From: Escherichia coli
Lineage (GTDB): Bacteria > Pseudomonadota > Gammaproteobacteria > Enterobacterales > Enterobacteriaceae
NCBI RefSeq assembly: GCF_002854065.1
Contig: NZ_CP024147.1
Reading direction: 5' to 3' (one strand)
Length of the DNA stretch: 64,000 bases
Under the pieces are notes generated by a model. The model saw only the letters and a program-made list of their open reading frames with translations. It did not search any database and was not told the DNA's origin. Each line of letters starts with the position of its first letter. Position 1 is the first letter of the stretch. The translations under genes and the position numbers were made by a program. Shown here one piece after another: positions 58,750 to 64,000 of the stretch.

Positions 58750-59702
58750 TCAAAATGCATTACGGATAACATCTATTACTCCGTGCAGGATGGGATCACG
58801 CAGGCTGAATTTGTTGTAGTGGATAGAGAAATCTATTTGCTCCTCATTTAAGGACGGAAAAGGCAGTTTTTCCAGCGGCCAGCAACGGCTAAACAGGTTA
58901 TAAAAACGGCTGGGAATAATCGCTAACATGTCACTGTTGGCAACCAGTGCAGCGATTGTCAAAATGTTGTAGCTGGTGAAGCTGATCTGCCGGTCCGGAA
59001 ACATCTCTTGAATTCTCTGCCGCAGACCGCTGAAATTTTGTCCTTCCGGTAACAGGAGTACATGTGCAGCGTTGTCGATAGTCTCTCTGTCATCTTCTAA
59101 AGAGAGTAGTGGATTTCCCTCGCGGCAAATTAACACCATATTGTCGGTGAACAGAACATGATGTTGCACCGTACGATTGGTGCAAAACATGTTATCGATG
59201 ATGAGATCGGTTTGAAACTGACTGAGTTGGTTTTCCGCGTCGCTGATGGGAGGGTTGCGCAGTAAAAGCTGCGGATAGTGAGTTTTAATCGCCCGATAAA
59301 TGACAGGAAGGACCAGGGCTCCGACCGAGGGGGTGGTCGCGATAGTTATCGTTCGTTGCTTATCATAGCTTCCTTCGATATCCAGCGCGCCAAGAATGGA
59401 TTCAAGGCCCTGACTGATATACTCATGTAGATGCATCGCAAATGCGGTAGGAGTGACACCCTGGCCTTTGCGAATAAACAATGGGTCAGGGATATAACGC
59501 GCAGTTTCTGTATAGACTGACTGATTGCCGAGGGGGTCAGATTAAGCACTTTCGCTGCATTAACGATCCCTTTATGTACATATACAGCTTCAAAAATAGT
59601 CAGAAGGTTAAGATCAATATTTCGTAAGGTTGTAAATATTTGTGGTTTACCTTCTGACGACTTTCTGCTTAAACAGGGTTCGATTTGATTATTACTATCC
59701 AC
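58750..59702 (-). pseudogene. ybeF: LysR-family regulator YbeF, split into two out-of-frame ORFs (59346..59702 HTH part; 58750..59481 effector part) by an apparent 1-bp deletion near 59478..59485
   Basis: The N-terminal ORF has the LysR HTH (LNLTPSAISQSIQKLRVI) then runs into nonsense; the next frame continues with the conserved PDPLFIRKGQG motif. Restoring one T in the tatatcc tract would give a single ORF of about 317 aa. Confidence 0.7.
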
Positions 59703-59961
59703 GCACTTACTCCAATTTTATTCATGGAAAAATAATATTTAAAAAAATTACAATAATCTTATGTCTAATTGGAACGGAACGCTTTTGCTCACCATAATCA
59801 ACTATTTCAATAAGTTAATCAATGGGGTGAGTTACGGAGCAAGGCGTAGCATCGCATTTCTGCAAGTGATAAAGAAAATATACAAACGCGAAGGAGATGT
59901 AAAGCATTAGCAGGTGTTATGAGTAATGACCCAGTGTAAATTGGGCCATTGAGGTATGAAA

Positions 59962-60603
59962 TTAAGCGGTAATATATTCGAAGTCAGGATTGTTTAGTAG
60001 CGCTAAAATATTTTCCAGTAAACGTGGTGCAATATTATTAGTCGTCGCTTCGGGTTTCCATTGTGATATTTTAGCCATTTCCATTCCGGCATACCCACAA
60101 GGATTAATACGTAAAAATGGTGAAAGATCCATATTGACGTTTAATGCCAGACCGTGGAATGAACAACCGCGTCGAATACGTAAACCCAGTGAGCAAATTT
60201 TCTTTTCCCCAACATAGACACCTGGCGCGTCAGCCCGAGGATGCGCTTCTATACCCAGTTCAGCCAGGGTATTCACCACTGTTTGCTCAAGCAAGGTCAC
60301 CAGTTCACGCACACCGAGTTTACGGCGTTTCAGGTTAAGCAATACATACATCACCTGTTGCCCCGGCCCGTGATAAGTCACCTGCCCACCGCGATCGCTC
60401 TGAATCACCGGAATATCACCCGGCATTAAAATGTGCTCCGCTTTTCCTGCTTGCCCTTGGGTGAATACCGGATAGTGCTCGACCAGCCAGATTTCATCAA
60501 GGGTACTATCATCGCGGGTATCGGTGAATTCATGCATAGCCTGGGAGATTGGCTCGTAAGGCTGAAGACCGAGCTGGCGGACAAGAATTTTATCCTGATA
60601 CAA
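59962..60603 (-). CDS. lipB: Octanoyl-ACP:protein N-octanoyltransferase LipB
   Basis: 213-aa ORF matching recalled LipB. Confidence 0.95.
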
Positions 60604-60703
60604 AACGGCATCTCCGTGGAGAATGAGTAAAAGTGGGGGAAAAGTATATCACAGCGAGGAGAGGGGAGTTACCCGACCAGGGGCCGGGTAACGGAGAAGC
60701 GAG

Positions 60704-60967
60704 TTACAGAACCATGCGGACAATATCGATTTTGCCCAGTTCTTCATACAGTGTTTCAACCTGCTCGATATGAGTGGCGTTGATAGTGATAGATACCGAG
60801 TGGTAGTTGCCTTTGCTGCTTGGTTTTACCGTTGGGGTGTAGTCACCTGGCGCATGGCGCTGTACCACTTCAACCACCTGATCAACCAGCTCAGGTAACG
60901 CCTGCCCCATAACTTTGTAAGTAAAAGGAGTAGGGAATTCAAGCAGTTCGTTAAGTTTGGTTTTCAT
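60704..60967 (-). CDS. ybeD: UPF0250 protein YbeD
   Basis: 87-aa ORF matching recalled YbeD. Confidence 0.9.
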
Positions 60968-60992
60968 GTCAGCTCCGGCGTAACGTAATTAA

Positions 60993-61026
60993 ATAGCAAC
61001 TCCCGCCAGAAGGCGGGAGTTTTTTA
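60993..61026. terminator. Hairpin between dacA and ybeD (ctcccgccagaaggcgggag plus T-run); likely dacA terminator or attenuator
   Basis: Perfect 8-bp stem, 4-nt loop, followed by tttttt on the plus strand; orientation relative to minus-strand dacA is ambiguous. Confidence 0.45.
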
Positions 61027-61076
61027 CTGATGCTTAGTATATGGGGACGAAAATTACACTTTCAAGTGTTCGATTT

Positions 61077-62288
61077 TTAACCAAACCAGTGATGGAACAT
61101 TAATTTAATGTAATCAATGATTTTGCCGAAGAAGTTACCTTCCGGGATTTCTTGCAACACAACCAGCGGGCGTTGTTCGATTGTTTTGCCATCAAGCTGG
61201 AAGTTGATAGTTCCTACGACCTGATTCTTTTGCAGCGGCGCATGCAATTCACTGCTGTTCAGCACATAGCTGGCTTTCAGATCTTTCATGCGACCACGCG
61301 GAATGGTCAGGTACACGTCTTTATCAACCCCTAACGAAGCGCGATCAGAATCACCAAACCAAACCGGTTCAGAGGCGAACTCTTTACCTACTTTCAGTGG
61401 GTTAACGGTTTCGAAGAAACGGAAGCCCCAGGTTAGCAGTTTTTTACTTTCGGCTTCACGGCCTTTAAAAGTACGTCCGCCCATCACCGCAGAGATCAAG
61501 CGCATCTGGCCTTCAGTCGCAGAAGCAACAAGGTTGTAACCTGCTTTGTCAGTGTGTCCGGTTTTGATGCCATCGACATTCAGGCTGTTATCCCATAACA
61601 GGCCGTTACGGTTCAGCTGGCGAATACCGTTAAACGTAAATTCTTTTTCTTTATAGATCGAGTATTCATTCGGTACGTCACGGATCAATGCCTGGCCGAT
61701 CAGCGCCATATCGCGCGCGGAGCTGTACTGACCATCAGCATCCAGACCATGTACCGTCTGGAAGTGGGTATTTTTCAGGCCCAGGGCGTTAACGTAGCTG
61801 TTCATCAAGCCAACAAAAGCGTCCTGGCTACCAGCGGCAAAATCGGCCATGGCGACACAAGCATCGTTACCCGATTGCAGGTTTATACCGCGGATCAGCT
61901 GAGAAACCGGAACCTGCATGCCCGGTTTGAGGAACATCAGCGAAGAACCTTTAAACACCGGGTTACCGGTGGCCCATGCGTCGTTGCCGATAGTGACTAA
62001 ATCAGTTTCTTTAAATTTACCGGCTTTCATTGCCTGGCCGATAACGTAACTGGTCATCATTTTGGTCAGGCTGGCAGGATCGCGGCGGACATCTGCGTTC
62101 TGTTCGGCGAGCACTTTGCCGGAGTTATAGTCAATCAGGATGTAGGACTCCGCGTCGATCTGCGGTACACCCGGGATCATAGTTTTGATATTCAGGTCAT
62201 CGGCATGTGCAGCAGAGATAAAGGCTGTGCAAAGAGCCGTGGTGAGCGCCAGGCGCTTCATGATACGAGCGGAAAAAATGGTATTCAT
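61077..62288 (-). CDS. dacA: D-alanyl-D-alanine carboxypeptidase DacA (PBP5)
   Basis: 403-aa ORF with signal peptide, SXXK (SLTK) and SGN motifs; matches recalled PBP5. Confidence 0.95.
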
Positions 62289-62427
62289 GGTCTGAACTAC
62301 GACATCCGTGATGGAATTAAAAAAAGTGCCCTACTATAGCAAATGCACTACCGGCAGGCATCTGACTTTCCGCGTGACTTTGTTAACGTCATTTACAGAA
62401 ATTGACACATCAGATGCCTGCTTTACG

Positions 62428-63516
62428 CTACTGCGCGGTGGTAATAAATGACTGTAATTGGGCTTCGGTTTGCAAACGTTGCTGCAAGGTACTGGCTTCG
62501 GCTTTGTTGGCGAATGGGCCAAGCTGGATCCGCCAGACCGCGCCATTTTGAGTTACGCGACCGGGGACGCCGAACTTCTGTCCCAGTTGCTGTTGGTACT
62601 GTTGCGCACGAGCCTGATCGCTTACGGCCCCGACCTGCACCATAAAGTTGCCGCTGGCGCTTTGCGAGGCGGCTTGCGGTGTCACCATTGCAGGCGAGGT
62701 TGCAGGCGTTGTCGACGGAGCTGTAACAACGGGCTGTGGCGCAGGCGTCGGTTCGCTGCCTTCCAGTACACCTGGCGCTAAGGTCGTTGGTGCGCCGAGG
62801 AAACCGCTACTGGTTACCGGCGCGCCGGTCGGATCTTCGCTTTTTAGCGTCGAATTACTGACCGGAAGAATGTCACCCTGCGGGCCAGACACTGAACTTG
62901 TTCCCGCGCCACCGCTTAAATCGGGAGGTGCAGGCAGGGCGTAAGTCTGTTTGGCGACTGTGGTACAAGCCATACCAGGACCAGAAAGCGAACCATCCTG
63001 GGCGACAATAATCGGATCTATACGAACTTTGGTGTTGTTGGACGTGTTAAGACGGTCAGCTGCCGCGCGAGAAAGCGAAATAACGCGGTCGTTGCCGTAA
63101 GGGCCGCGATCATTAATGCGCACCACGATCATTCGCCCGTTAGCCAGGTTAGTGATTCTGGCGTAGCTGGGGATCGGAAGCGTTGGATGGGCCGCCGTCA
63201 GCTGTGTCGGATCGAAAGCTTCGCCAGAGGCCGTCAGGTTACTGCCTGGTTCGGCATCATAGATTGCCGCCAGTCCCGCCTGGCTAAATCGAGACGGATC
63301 CTGCACGATTTTGTAGCTTTTACCGTCGCGCTGGTAATCCTGATTTGCCGTCGCGTTCAGTGGTTCGAAACGCGGGTCCGCCCCGCTAATTTCAACTATG
63401 GGGCCGTTACATACCGCAGGCTGCGGTACACTTACCGTCTGTTGCTGACCATCATCGCTTGTACATGCCGCGAGCATTCCTGCCGCGATGCAGATCCCGA
63501 GCCACTGCTTACGCAT
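62428..63516 (-). CDS. rlpA: Septal-ring lytic transglycosylase RlpA (rare lipoprotein A) with C-terminal SPOR domain
   Basis: 362-aa ORF with lipoprotein signal (LAAC) and a Pro/Thr/Ala-rich linker; matches recalled RlpA. Confidence 0.9.
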   Translation of the reverse strand: MRKQWLGICIAAGMLAACTSDDGQQQTVSVPQPAVCNGPIVEISGADPRFEPLNATANQDYQRDGKSYKIVQDPSRFSQAGLAAIYDAEPGSNLTASGEAFDPTQLTAAHPTLPIPSYARITNLANGRMIVVRINDRGPYGNDRVISLSRAAADRLNTSNNTKVRIDPIIVAQDGSLSGPGMACTTVAKQTYALPAPPDLSGGAGTSSVSGPQGDILPVSNSTLKSEDPTGAPVTSSGFLGAPTTLAPGVLEGSEPTPAPQPVVTAPSTTPATSPAMVTPQAASQSASGNFMVQVGAVSDQARAQQYQQQLGQKFGVPGRVTQNGAVWRIQLGPFANKAEASTLQQRLQTEAQLQSFITTAQ

Positions 63517-63526
63517 TGCGCACCTC

Positions 63527-64000
63527 TTACACGCTTTTCGACAACATTTTCCTGTGGGTGTGGATTGACATTACAATCCCGAACCCAGCCATCAGCACAA
63601 TTAGCGCCGATCCTCCATAACTGACCAGTGGGAGCGGAACCCCTACAACCGGCAGAATACCGCTTACCATACCAATATTTACGAAGACATAAACGAATAA
63701 TATCAGCATTAAGCCACCAGCCATGACGCGACCAAAGGTGGTTTGCGCTCTGGCGGCTATCCACAGCCCGCGCATGATCAGCAGAATGTAGAGAGCGAGC
63801 AGAATCAGAATGCCCACTAATCCCAGCTCTTCCGCCAGTACCGCGAAGATAAAGTCAGTATGGCGTTCGGGGAGAAATTCAAGCTGTGACTGAGTGCCGT
63901 GCAGCCAGCCTTTGCCGCGTAATCCGCCGGAGCCAATAGCAATTTTAGACTGAATAATGTGATAGCCCGCGCCGAGTGGGTCTGATTCCGGGTCCAGGAG
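63527..64000 (-). CDS. mrdB: Peptidoglycan glycosyltransferase RodA (MrdB), C-terminal part (5' end lies beyond the window)
   Basis: Track ORF 63527..63817 gives the RodA C-terminus (...[36 protein letters not shown]); the frame continues to the window edge. Confidence 0.85.
   Translation of the reverse strand, partial: LLDPESDPLGAGYHIIQSKIAIGSGGLRGKGWLHGTQSQLEFLPERHTDFIFAVLAEELGLVGILILLALYILLIMRGLWIAARAQTTFGRVMAGGLMLILFVYVFVNIGMVSGILPVVGVPLPLVSYGGSALIVLMAGFGIVMSIHTHRKMLSKSV

Overview
This window is a conserved Escherichia coli chromosomal segment, recognised from the translated ORFs and their synteny. Gene order: cusA (3' end) - pheP - ybdG - nfsB - ybdF - ybdJ - ybdK - hok/sok locus - entD - fepA - fes - ybdZ - entF - fepE - fepCGD - entS - fepB - entCEBAH - cstA - ybdD - ybdH - ybdL - ybdM - ybdN - ybdO - dsbG - ahpCF - uspG - ybdR - rnk - rna - citTGXFEDC - citAB - dcuC - pagP - cspE - crcB - ybeM - tatE - lipA - ybeF - lipB - ybeD - dacA - rlpA - mrdB (3' end). 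The dominant content is the complete Fur-regulated enterobactin synthesis and transport cluster and the citrate lyase operon. I see no CRISPR array, tRNA or rRNA, and no convincing evidence of a novel multi-gene system. The unusual features are: a tandemly duplicated hok/sok-type toxin locus between ybdK and entD, an IS1 insertion with a 9-bp target duplication splitting the LysR regulator ybdO, an apparent 1-bp frameshift splitting the LysR regulator ybeF, the overlapping ParB-like/PAPS-reductase-like pair ybdM-ybdN, and a candidate 29-codon membrane-peptide ORF downstream of rnk. Gene calls rest on my recall of E. coli proteins applied to the supplied ORF track; no searches were run. CDS coordinates follow the ORF track, with starts trimmed to the recalled protein length where the track ORF begins at an upstream in-frame start. 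Small motifs were located by hand and may be off by 1-3 nt.
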